Assembly: GCA_965232215.1 (NCBI GenBank)
Contig: CBDDPF010000013.1
Span: 878,382-902,381, forward strand
Direction: 5' to 3'
Length of the DNA stretch: 24,000 bases
DNA from: Endozoicomonadaceae bacterium
GTDB lineage: Bacteria > Pseudomonadota > Gammaproteobacteria > Pseudomonadales > Endozoicomonadaceae
Both the position numbers and the translations under genes were made by a program. The notes under the pieces were generated by a model, which saw nothing but the letters and a program-made list of their open reading frames with translations, was not told the DNA's origin and ran no database searches. Below are positions 8,683 through 16,649 of this stretch, piece by piece. Each line of letters opens with the position of its first letter. Within the stretch, counting starts at the first letter, position 1.

Positions 8683-8694
8683 CATAGGAGCGTC

Positions 8695-8887
8695 AATGCC
8701 GTGGCTGAAAGCTTCTTTCATACACTGAAGACCGAGCTAATCCACCACGAGGACTTTCAGGCCAGGGAGGAGGCTCAGCAAGCTATATTTGAGTACATCG
8801 AAGTTTTACAATCGTTAGGGAAAGAACTCGACCAATGGCTGCGTGGCACCGTTCAAGTATGAACAAGAACTTGCCGAGGTAGCGTAA
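8695..8887 (+). pseudogene. IS3-family OrfB C-terminal part (frameshift plus in-frame stop)
   Basis: [37 protein letters not shown], then a shifted frame [26 protein letters not shown], corresponding to the usual FYNRxRxHSxLGYxSPxxYE ending. Confidence 0.7.
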
Positions 8888-9189
8888 AAAAGTGTCCGAA
8901 AAATTCTTGCCATATCAAAACACCAACACTGGAGATCACAGACACGCAGGCTCAAAAAATACCAGGGAAAATGAGCTTAAGTCAGTGCCATTGGCTCATA
9001 GAGTGCTGCTTTCTTGGTGTTATGTGTTTAGCAACGTTATATCACCACAGAACAAACCCTTTTTTAATTAGTCCTAACTGGTATCAGCGAAAATAAATAA
9101 GAAATGCTGTGTCGTAGCAAAAGAACTGCACTCAACGACTATCGACGTAAAATCAGTTGTCATCAAGGTTTACAGCTTCACAGATAAGT

Positions 9190-9717
9190 CTATAACATTG
9201 ATTTAATCAGGTTCCTCCGACTAAAAAAAGAGGTAATCACGACGGCCAGCAGGTGGATGCCCACGAAGTAGAATAGGCCATTGACCAATAGACTGTGCCA
9301 TTCATAAACACTGTGCTCAAGTCCAAAATCAGTGTCTTGGAGCCAACCAGTAAAAGCACAAAGTATCAATATTACCCACATAAACCAAACAGATATAGCT
9401 CCCATGGGATTATGGCCGTATGGCTGATAATTACCTTCTTTTAGTTCGTGAAGGTGTTGCTGAATACCCTTGACAGAAAAGCCAATATCTCGAAGCCGAG
9501 CAGGTGTTTTGGCATAGGTCATACCATAGAGCAGGCGCACGCAAACAAGTATGAGAATACCCCAGCCAGCATAGGTATGATAATAACTTCCTCCATCAAA
9601 CAGAAATTGGTTGCTAAAAAAGAGCACGACCAATGACCAGTGAATCAGCTTGACAGTGCCAGGCCACTGGAATGGTTTAGACATCGAATTTACCATGGTA
9701 TTTCTTTCTGATGTCAT
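9190..9717 (-). CDS. Membrane di-heme cytochrome b (b561 / PF01292-like family)
   Basis: It has four predicted hydrophobic helices with conserved His positions (LIHWSL, HTYAGW, GHNPMGAISV, EWHSL..GIHLL). The likely true start is the ATG at 9684 (MSKPFQWPG), which overlaps the upstream stop codon (gATGtcTAA), indicating translational coupling. Confidence 0.65.
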   Translation of the reverse strand: MTSERNTMVNSMSKPFQWPGTVKLIHWSLVVLFFSNQFLFDGGSYYHTYAGWGILILVCVRLLYGMTYAKTPARLRDIGFSVKGIQQHLHELKEGNYQPYGHNPMGAISVWFMWVILILCAFTGWLQDTDFGLEHSVYEWHSLLVNGLFYFVGIHLLAVVITSFFSRRNLIKSML

Positions 9718-10108
9718 TCAGAGCTTTCATTTTCTTTTTGGCTAGATCAAAATCACCAGCATTAATGCTATCCTGAACAATTGACAGATTTGTCAGTAGC
9801 TTGGTAATGCCTGTCTGGAATGCTTCAGGATCTTTAGAGTATCCGGTTTTTTTAGCTTTTTCAGCATGGGCACGAAATTTATTCACATAGTCCTGCAGTT
9901 CATCCAGTGTTTTTGCAGAAAAAGAGCGCTTAAAATTGAAGCCCATTTTTTTCATTTCTGCGTTCAACTGGTCACTTCTGTCTTGCTTTTGTATTTCTAT
10001 AGCCTGTCCACTATCGCTAGCTAATTTAACGTCTGCAACAGAGGCTGTGGTTAAAACCACTGTTGATAGTGCCAGGAAGATAAAGATTGAGTTCAAGCCA
10101 AACCGCAT
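9677..10108 (-). CDS. cybC: Soluble periplasmic cytochrome b562-like protein
   Basis: Signal peptide (MRFGLNSIFIFLALSTVVLTTASVA). The helical, Lys/Ala-rich body ends ..LNDIRKKYHGKF, paralleling the E. coli CybC ending ..TTRNAYHKKYR with its His heme ligand. An N-terminal Met-containing segment (NAEMKKMG) could supply the Met ligand. Confidence 0.6.
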   Translation of the reverse strand: MRFGLNSIFIFLALSTVVLTTASVADVKLASDSGQAIEIQKQDRSDQLNAEMKKMGFNFKRSFSAKTLDELQDYVNKFRAHAEKAKKTGYSKDPEAFQTGITKLLTNLSIVQDSINAGDFDLAKKKMKALNDIRKKYHGKFDV

Positions 10109-10231
10109 TATTGTATCCTGAAAGTAGAATTTGCAAAGGATAGTAAAACATGTATAGAACTATTACCAGTGTTGTTTATTCGAAGTTAGATTTTTCTTGT
10201 ACAAAAAAATAATAAGTATTTTTAGGTACAA

Positions 10232-10749
10232 CCGTCATTCCGCACCTGTATCAGGAATAAATTTCCTGATACGGCCGCCCAAGAATTGAAATGATAGTCA
10301 ACTGTCTTTCCGGTAGGCCAACAACATACCTTTCATGACCATCGACCAATAGCACGTTGATACCCTGAAAACAGAAAAACACCCAACGTGCTGTCGGGTT
10401 TTGACAGGGTTTTCTCTTCATATCAGGAAAAAAGCGACTCTGCCGCTTTAACTCATGCCGAATTCTATGCTGGATCGCTGCGTACACTAATAAGCACAGT
10501 GTCATCATCAGCAGTATGGCCTGATTAATTTCGGGTCGATGGTCCCGGCTGTATCCACGACAAATTTTGATACAGTGCATATCTTCTTCATCAGCGTCAG
10601 ACTCGCTGTTACAGGCTCCATCCACATGGAAGCTGATTAAGTCAAGGTTCAGCGCTTTACACGGCAGTTTTAAGACATTCGCTGCTTACAGCTAATGATA
10701 AATAGACTTCACTTACACCCAGCTCAAAAAGCTGATCCAGCGCCTTTAC
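10232..10749 (-). pseudogene. Second IS1634-like copy: an internal-deletion derivative, 5-prime disrupted by the IS630-like insertion
   Basis: The tip ccgtcattccgcacct (10232-10247) is homologous to 1529-1544, and the stop codon sits at the same 19-nt offset. The ORF fuses the N-region (..FHVDGACNSESDADEEDMHCIKICRGYSRDHRPEINQAILLMMT) directly to the C-region (LCLLVYAAIQHRIRHELKRQ..), so the catalytic core is missing. Confidence 0.7.
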
Positions 10750-10751
10750 TA

Positions 10752-10881
10752 GTGCCGGAAAGCGCTGATATACATACAAGCAAAAACATGTTTTGATTCG
10801 CACCCCTTTTTTTAACAGCAGTAGCACGGATGCCATCAAAGCATACCCAGCAGATCATTTTGTCAGAGCAGGAACGTAGTG
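10752..10881 (+). repeat. Left 130-bp terminal inverted repeat of IS630-like element 2
   Basis: Perfect inverted match to 12058-12187. It contains the transposase ATG (10830) and the first 17 codons. Confidence 0.9.
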
Positions 10882-12015
10882 ACCTGGAGCTTCTTGTTCG
10901 CCAGCGGAAAAGTGCTCAATCCATAGTGCTCAGGGCTAAAATCATATTGGCTGGTGCAGAAGGGAAAAGTCTTCTCGGGACAACAAAAGAACTCAAGTGT
11001 AACCGTGAAACCGTCACACGCTGGCGGAAGCATTGGGTTGAACGTAGTGATGAACTGCCTGTTTTGGAAAAACTAAAAGAAGCGCCTCGCCCCGGTGCAA
11101 AACCCAAGTTTACCGAAGAGCAAATTTGCCTGATTGTCGCTATGTCCTGTGACAAGCCTGAAGAGCATGGTTATCCATTCAGTCACTGGTCAGAAAGCTC
11201 GCTGGCTATGGCGGCTCAGGATAAAGGTATTGTCCCATCAATCTCACAGAGACAGGTGGGGCGTTTTTTAAAATCAGGCCGATATTCGTCCCGATAAAGT
11301 GAAGGGCTGGGTAGACACCCCAAGGGATGAAGACTTCGAAATACATAGCGCTGACGTCTGCGACACCTATCGTCAAGCTATTGAACGTGCTGAGCAGGGA
11401 ATTCGTACAATATCCTTTGATGAAAAAACGGGCATGCAGGCATTAGAGCCATTGACAGGGGGAAAGCCTGTCAAGCCGGGCTATATTGAAAAACGTGAGT
11501 TTGAGTATAAGCGCCATGGAACTCAGGCCCTGCTGGCTGGGATGGATGTCGTGACAGGCAAGATCATTCCCCTTGTAAGGGATACACGGAAAGAACAGGA
11601 CTTCGCCGACTGGCTTGATAATACGCTGGAAAGTGACCCTGCCGCAACGGGCTGGCATTTTGTCATGGATCGCCTTAATACCCATATGTCAGAAGCCGCA
11701 GTTAAGGCAGTAGCCAGGGTTGAGGGTACAACGGAAAAAGAGCTGGGTCTAAAAGGGAAAACCGGCATCCTCAAGAATATGAAAACACGGGCAGCCTACC
11801 TGAGTGATATATCCCACAAGATTGTGTTTCACTATACCCCGAAGCATGCATCGTGGCTAAACCAGATAGAGATATGGTTTTCTATTTTGGTGAGACGCTT
11901 TCTGAAACGAAACAGCTTTACGTCAACAGAAGATCTTAAGGTACGCCTTCATCAGTTCATGGACTTCTTCAACGAGAAAATGGCCAAGCCTTTTAAGTGG
12001 ACTTACAAAGGCTGA
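10830..12015 (+). CDS. IS630-family transposase split into two frames (10830-11297 and about 11263-12015); a +1 shift is needed near 11260
   Basis: ORF1 is an HTH region (..SIVLRAKIILAGAEGKS.., WRKHWVE, ..QRQVGRFLK). The second frame reads QADIRPDKVKGWVDTPRDEDFE.., continues through FDEKTGMQALE and ends HYTPKHASWLNQIEIWFSIL. The shift lies in tttttaaaatcaggcc. Confidence 0.75.
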
Positions 12016-12057
12016 CCATTGCAAGTGTGATATTGTATGGGGATTAGCGCTTAGGGG

Positions 12058-12187
12058 CACTACGTTCCTGCTCTGACAAAATGATCTGCTGGGTATGCTT
12101 TGATGGCATCCGTGCTACTGCTGTTAAAAAAAGGGGTGCGAATCAAAACATGTTTTTGCTTGTATGTATATCAGCGCTTTCCGGCAC
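12058..12187 (-). repeat. Right 130-bp terminal inverted repeat of IS630-like element 2
   Basis: Perfect inverted match to 10752-10881. It carries an inward-facing copy of the transposase start on the minus strand (ATG at 12109). Confidence 0.9.
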
Positions 12188-12192
12188 TAGTG

Positions 12193-12269
12193 AGAGACAT
12201 AGAGTCCTCCTGCTAAATGCCTGGATATGCAAAACCAAAGTTTAGGTTAGTCTGCGGACTCTGTGTCTC
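12193..12269. repeat. 77-bp unit bounded by 15-bp inverted repeats (tiny MITE or abutted IS ends)
   Basis: agagacatagagtcc (12193-12207) matches the reverse complement of 12255-12269 (agagacacagagtcc) at 14/15. A related motif, ggactcttaaatctctc, occurs at 4990-5006 next to the other IS1634-like copy. Confidence 0.35.
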
Positions 12270-12435
12270 TTAGCTTTAGGTGATCGAACTCACGTTGCGT
12301 AGTTGAGTTTCATAAATTGCTTCTTTACCTTGCAGTAGTTAGTGGTTGTCCGAAAACCCATCAGCCCTTGAAAACAGCAGTCTGTGACCTAACTTAATCA
12401 TTGAAGATTTCCACTGACAGGCTGTTTTCTCACTC

Positions 12436-13842
12436 ATGCGCCAAACCATCAAGCCACAAATGCAGTTAGGCGAGGTCGATATCTCTGCCATCACCTTCAA
12501 CCCCAAATCCAGGGACGACATACCCCGCCTCTTGCGGGCTTTTCAGCATATCTGGGTCACCCCAGAGCTGAGGGAGCAGGTTTTTCAAGCCCTTGAGCGA
12601 ATGATACCCGCTAGCCGTGACAATGGCCGCCCTGGTATGGATCTCTGGAAAATACTGATTTTTGGCACCCTGCGTCTGACCATCAACTGCGACTACGACC
12701 GCCTTCAGGAGCTGGCCAATGAACACGGTACATTGCGGCAAATGCTCGGACACGGACCGTACTGTACCCACTCTTATCACATCCAGACTTTGCAGGATAA
12801 TATCGCCCTGTTCACCCCGGAAATACTGGATGAGATCAACCAGATTGTGGTCAATGCCGGTCACCAGCTGGTAAAAAAAAAGAAGAGCGGATATGCGCCC
12901 GCGCTGACTCGTTTGTCGTAAAAACCAATGCCCACTTTCCAACGGATACTAACCTGCTGCGGGATGCCGTTCGCAAGATGATCGAGTGGGCAGCCTGCCT
13001 GTCGTCAGAGCAGCAGGAAAGCCTGTGGCGACAGAGCAACTACTTGCAGGATCAGCACAAAAAGCGTTTTCACAAAGCCCGTAACCTGAAACGGTCAACG
13101 TCGTCCAATGAGTCGCTCCGTGAAGCACGACAGCATGGTATCGAAACTGTCCATGCTGAGTATGTAGCCTACAGCCAGAAGCTTATCCGCAAGGCTGAAA
13201 TGACCTTGAATCTCTTGAAGGCACGGATACCCGGAGACTTACGACTGAAAGAGCTGGAGCGCTGGATAAAAGATGCAGACTACCAGTGTCAAATGATTAT
13301 CCGTCGTGTACTGAAACATGAAACCATTCCGCACAGTGAGAAGGTTTTTTCGTTATTTGAACGCCATACGGAATGGATCAGTAAAGGAAAAGCAGGCGTT
13401 CCTGTAGAACTCGGCCTCAGGGTGTGCGTACTGCAAGATCAGTTTGGTTTCACCCTTCACCATTTGGTCATGGAAAAACAGACTGATGACCAGGTGACTG
13501 TAGTCATTGCTAAAGGCGCAAAGCAGCGGTTTTCTGAAGTATCGCAGGTCAGTTATGACCGGGGATTCTGGTCAAAAGAGAACCTTGAAAAGCTGGAAAC
13601 ATTTCTTGACCGAGCCGTCTTACCCAAAAAGGGGCGATGGTCTGAACAAGATCGGAAGCGTGAACGACACCCTGAGTTTGTCAGGGCAATGAAGAAGCAT
13701 TCTGCGGTAGAGTCCGACATTAATGCACTTGAGCAGCACGGACTGGACCAATGTCCGGACTCAGGGATTGACGGTTATCGTCGGTATGTTGGCCTGGCGG
13801 TTTTAGGAACCAATCTGCACCGCTTGGGCTCTATACTGCAAA
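12436..13842 (+). pseudogene. IS5/IS1182-like transposase of copy 2 (same two-frame organisation), with the last roughly 9 codons displaced by the IS66 insertion
   Basis: ORFs 12436-12921 and 12978-13904 parallel copy 1. The second ORF runs into IS66 DNA after 13842. Confidence 0.7.
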
Positions 13843-13872
13843 GTAAGCGTCCAAGCAGGGGGCAGACTCCCC

Positions 13873-15444
13873 CTACTTGTCGAGATCGGCTTTTAGTGGA
13901 TTGACCCCGAATTTCTCTTTCCAGAGTCGTGGTATCAGTTCCCTGATATCACGGGCCGGGTGGAAGCTGATGCGTTGGAGAACATCAACCAGGTATTTAT
14001 AGGGATCGATGCCCGCCAGCAGGCAGCTGGTGATCAGCGTCTGGAACACGGCAACATTGTCTGCGCCTTCTTCCGTCCAGCAGAACATCCAGTTCTTTCT
14101 GCCCATGGGAATGCAGCGAAGGCCACGCTCAAGATGATTGGTGTCTATCGCTACCGTTGGATCGTTCAGGTAAACCTGTAGCTCATTTTCCCGCTTGTGG
14201 ACATAGCCCAGTGCCTTGCTCATAGGGTTACTGGGAACCAGATCAAGCCGTCGCAGCTGTTCCCGGTTCCACTCAAAGAACTGGTCAACCAGGGGCCTGG
14301 CTTTTTGTTGGCGATAATCACGCAGTGTATCGCCTTCCAACCCCTGACGACGGATGTCATCTTCAACCTTGTACAGTGCCCCGATCTGTTTCAGGGCTTC
14401 TTTGGTCCCTTCGGGTTCTGCTTTTTCTGATTTGACGAAATAACGTCGGCTGTGCGTCCAGCACTCGGCATGAGTGATCTGTGGGTATTTTGCGCAAAGG
14501 CTGGCGTAACCGGGGTAGCCATCCGTGAGTAATACCCCTTCAAATGCTTTCAGGTAAGGTTCAACCACATCACAGGAGCGGCTGTCGGAGTAGATAAAGG
14601 CGATTTCATCCCGGTCCCCATAAAAGCACCAGAAGTAGCCTTTTTTCATTTTACCCTTGCATTTCAACCCGGCTTTTGACGGTGTTTCATCCAGTGCCAG
14701 GGTGTGACTTTCAAGGCAGCTATTCAGTACTTCATGGGCAACAGGTTGTAACAACTGGCCAGCACGCTGCTCCAGATTGGTGAGCGTGCCACGACTCACG
14801 GTGACACCGCTGGCTTCCAGTCTCTGGTGTTGACGATAAAGCGGCAGGTGGTAGCGGTATTTCTCAACCAGCAGACCAGCAATAAAACTCACATCGGCAA
14901 AGCTGCGGTCAAACAGGCCGGTGGGGGCTGCCGCCGTGCTCAGGGTTTGGTCTGCCTTGTGGCGAACGACATCCCTCTGGTATTTCAGAATAACGTAACT
15001 GCCCGGTCGCTGCGCCAGACGATGGGTATATTTATGGTCAATGATGTCATACTGGTCGGCTTCTTCGCCCTGCATTTCAGGTGCCGGAATATGAATCAGC
15101 TCAACGGGTACACCTTCCGTGAAGCGCAATCCCTGATCGGTGACACAGTCATCCGGCCTGTGCTTCTTTTTGCGCTCACAGGTGATGGTTTCTGTTTCCG
15201 GAACCTCTGGAGACTCAATGCCCTTGAGGATTTCCCCGAGAGCCAGCTGGTCCGGGTTTACTATCAGTCTCTTTTCCGATTTTTCACCAAACAGCTGTTG
15301 TTTAAACCAGGCCAGCTGATGTTTGAGGGACTCGTTTTCCTGCTTCAGGTGTTTATTCGCGGATTTGTGCTCCTGCAACAGCACCTGCAACTGCTGGAGC
15401 AGCTGCAGATGAGAGGATTGATCGGCAGGAACAGGTAGATTCAT
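13873..15444 (-). CDS. tnpC: IS66-family transposase TnpC (523 aa)
   Basis: N-terminal leucine-zipper-like region (LQLLQQLQVLLQEHKS..), zinc-finger/HTH region and DDE domain (..LALDETPSKAG.., LLTDGYPGY, CWTHSRRYF) typical of IS66 Orf3. Confidence 0.9.
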   Translation of the reverse strand: MNLPVPADQSSHLQLLQQLQVLLQEHKSANKHLKQENESLKHQLAWFKQQLFGEKSEKRLIVNPDQLALGEILKGIESPEVPETETITCERKKKHRPDDCVTDQGLRFTEGVPVELIHIPAPEMQGEEADQYDIIDHKYTHRLAQRPGSYVILKYQRDVVRHKADQTLSTAAAPTGLFDRSFADVSFIAGLLVEKYRYHLPLYRQHQRLEASGVTVSRGTLTNLEQRAGQLLQPVAHEVLNSCLESHTLALDETPSKAGLKCKGKMKKGYFWCFYGDRDEIAFIYSDSRSCDVVEPYLKAFEGVLLTDGYPGYASLCAKYPQITHAECWTHSRRYFVKSEKAEPEGTKEALKQIGALYKVEDDIRRQGLEGDTLRDYRQQKARPLVDQFFEWNREQLRRLDLVPSNPMSKALGYVHKRENELQVYLNDPTVAIDTNHLERGLRCIPMGRKNWMFCWTEEGADNVAVFQTLITSCLLAGIDPYKYLVDVLQRISFHPARDIRELIPRLWKEKFGVNPLKADLDK

Positions 15445-15462
15445 AGCCCTTCAATGTAGCTG

Positions 15463-15840
15463 CTATTCAGGGGTTGTGCTGTTCGATGTATCAAGTTTTA
15501 CATAACGTTTGTGATAGCGGATAGAACGGGTATCAATACCGTCAATGATCAGCTTCAGGTCTGTCAGTGCCAGCAGCCGTTTAACCGCCTGACCGGCGTG
15601 AGAGTGAAACTGACCCTGCTCCAGCCGTTTACTCCAGATGCAGTAACCGCTACGTTCAAAGTACAGCACCTTGCACTGGTTTCGGCGACGATTGATAAAG
15701 ACGAACAACTGCCCACTCAACGGGTCTTCCTCAAGGGTATTTTTCACCAGGGCAACCAGACCGTTGTAAGACTTTCGCATATCGGTGGGGCGTTTATAAA
15801 GCCAGACCCGCACCTGTGATTCAGGAAAAAACATGATCAA
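15463..15840 (-). CDS. tnpB: IS66 Orf2 / TnpB accessory protein (125 aa)
   Basis: ..VWLYKRPTDMRKSYNGLVALVKNTLEEDPLSGQLFVFINRRRNQCKVLYFERSGYCIWSKRLEQGQF.. is the conserved IS66 Orf2 signature. Its ATG overlaps the tnpA stop codon (ATGA). Confidence 0.9.
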   Translation of the reverse strand: MIMFFPESQVRVWLYKRPTDMRKSYNGLVALVKNTLEEDPLSGQLFVFINRRRNQCKVLYFERSGYCIWSKRLEQGQFHSHAGQAVKRLLALTDLKLIIDGIDTRSIRYHKRYVKLDTSNSTTPE

Positions 15841-16127
15841 CGCCGCATACGCAGGGTTACACCACCGGGTAATTCCAGTTCAATTTCCCATGGAGGCAGG
15901 TCTGATGGTGTGTTATGAAAATCAGTTTTAAATTCGAACCAGTCAGGGTCTGGTTGATCAGGCCTTTCGGTTGCCTGCCTTAGTTTACGCTTCCACAATG
16001 TGAAGGTGGACAGGCAGATATTGCGCGAAAGGCAAAAAGCTTTCTGGCTGACGCCGCTTTCCCGCTGTTGATCGATGAGGGCTTGCCACTGTTGAGCAGT
16101 GCGGCGGTTAGGTTGTTTTTGATTCAC
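15837..16127 (-). CDS. tnpA: IS66 Orf1 / TnpA HTH protein (96 aa)
   Basis: A small HTH protein (..QWQALIDQQRESGVSQKAFCLSRNICLSTFTLWKRKL..) as the first gene of the IS66 three-ORF operon. Confidence 0.85.
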   Translation of the reverse strand: MNQKQPNRRTAQQWQALIDQQRESGVSQKAFCLSRNICLSTFTLWKRKLRQATERPDQPDPDWFEFKTDFHNTPSDLPPWEIELELPGGVTLRMRR

Positions 16128-16649
16128 GGCTCGCTCCTGTTTTTGAAACAGGGGTTAGCGTGGCAGACACATGATGGGTTTTGAATAGGTCCTTAAATAA
16201 GCGCTTACACTGCAAAAGCAATCCAGTCAGGCTGTCAAAAAAGCAGCCTGAACGGAGAAGCGTACCAGAAAACAAACGATCATCGTTGGGTGAGGATTAC
16301 GGACACCCGAAAAACGGGGAAATGATTAAGTTTTGATCAAAAAAAGAGGTGACTGGCATGAGCGGCCTGTTTTGTTTTCAAAAAAATTTTGTCAGTGCCT
16401 GTTGAGTCGGATTATTCATGGGTTTTCTGACAGACACTAGTTAGGCTTTCGTCTTTTCATGCCCCCTCCTTTTTTTGGGATGACTGTAGTAATAAATAGT
16501 TATAAGTCAACTTGTGTAAGGCTTTCAGTGGAGGCAGTGATTTCAACTGAGGAATTTAGGATCAAACAGCCTGAGTGGTCAGTTAAGCACTGACCTGCGG
16601 CTTGTCGGCTAAGGTTGCCTGCTTAAAATAGACCTGATCGGTTGTGTTA

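Larger units (their letters stand above)
7437..8694 (+). mobile_element. IS110-family element (1258 bp), apparently intact, inserted in the IS3 OrfB gene
   Basis: Removing 7437-8694 restores tgc tgg gat aat gcc gtg gct gaa = CWDNAVAE, the conserved IS3 OrfB motif. There are no terminal IRs and no duplication beyond a 1-nt ambiguity (a), as expected for IS110. It has a 190-bp non-coding left end and a 12-bp right end after the stop codon. Confidence 0.85.
6680..8940 (+). mobile_element. IS3-family element, 3-prime portion, degenerate and interrupted by the IS110 element
   Basis: OrfA C-terminus (WEFLRKAAAFFARK) is followed by OrfB motifs (MCRVMSVSRSGYYEWLSRP, DITCIPAREGWLYLSVFIDL, GNCWD | [22 protein letters not shown]). 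The proposed right tip ..ggagatcaca at 8940 is tentative. Confidence 0.6.
10752..12187 (+). mobile_element. IS630-family element 2 (1436 bp) with perfect 130-bp terminal inverted repeats and a TA target duplication
   Basis: 10752-10881 is the exact reverse complement of 12058-12187, checked base by base. TA is present at 10750-10751 and 12188-12189, within a CTAG context. Confidence 0.85.
13843..16208 (-). mobile_element. IS66-family element (2366 bp) with an 8-bp target-site duplication
   Basis: Both tips read gtaagcg.. (13843 and the reverse complement of 16208), the typical IS66 terminus. Direct actgcaaa lies at 13835-13842 and 16209-16216. Copy 1 of the host IS shows the uninterrupted site (..tatactgcaaaagcaatcc..). 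Confidence 0.9.
12343..16437 (+). mobile_element. IS5/IS1182-superfamily element, copy 2, itself interrupted by an IS66-family element
   Basis: Same sequence as copy 1 apart from a few substitutions. It is flanked by direct tagttag (12336-12342 and 16438-16444). Its length minus the IS66 and the 8-bp duplication is 1721 bp, equal to copy 1. Confidence 0.85.

Noticed and set aside
8022-8696. 224-aa minus-strand ORF, plus 7768-8133
   Set aside because: They are antisense to the clearly recognisable IS110 recombinase gene, and the Ser/Arg-rich composition is typical of a shadow frame.
8940-10232. The cytochrome gene pair as cargo of a composite transposon
   Set aside because: The flanking IS elements belong to different families (IS3 versus IS1634-like), with no matching ends or flanking duplication.
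14827-15438. 203-aa plus-strand ORF, plus other plus-strand ORFs at 13960-15819
   Set aside because: They are antisense to IS66 tnpC and tnpB, which have strong family signatures on the minus strand.
2460-16437. A segmental duplication or composite transposon formed by the two IS5/IS1182-like copies
   Set aside because: Each copy has its own 7-bp direct repeat (taaatag versus tagttag), showing independent insertions. The DNA between them is a mosaic of other IS elements and host genes with no outer shared duplication.
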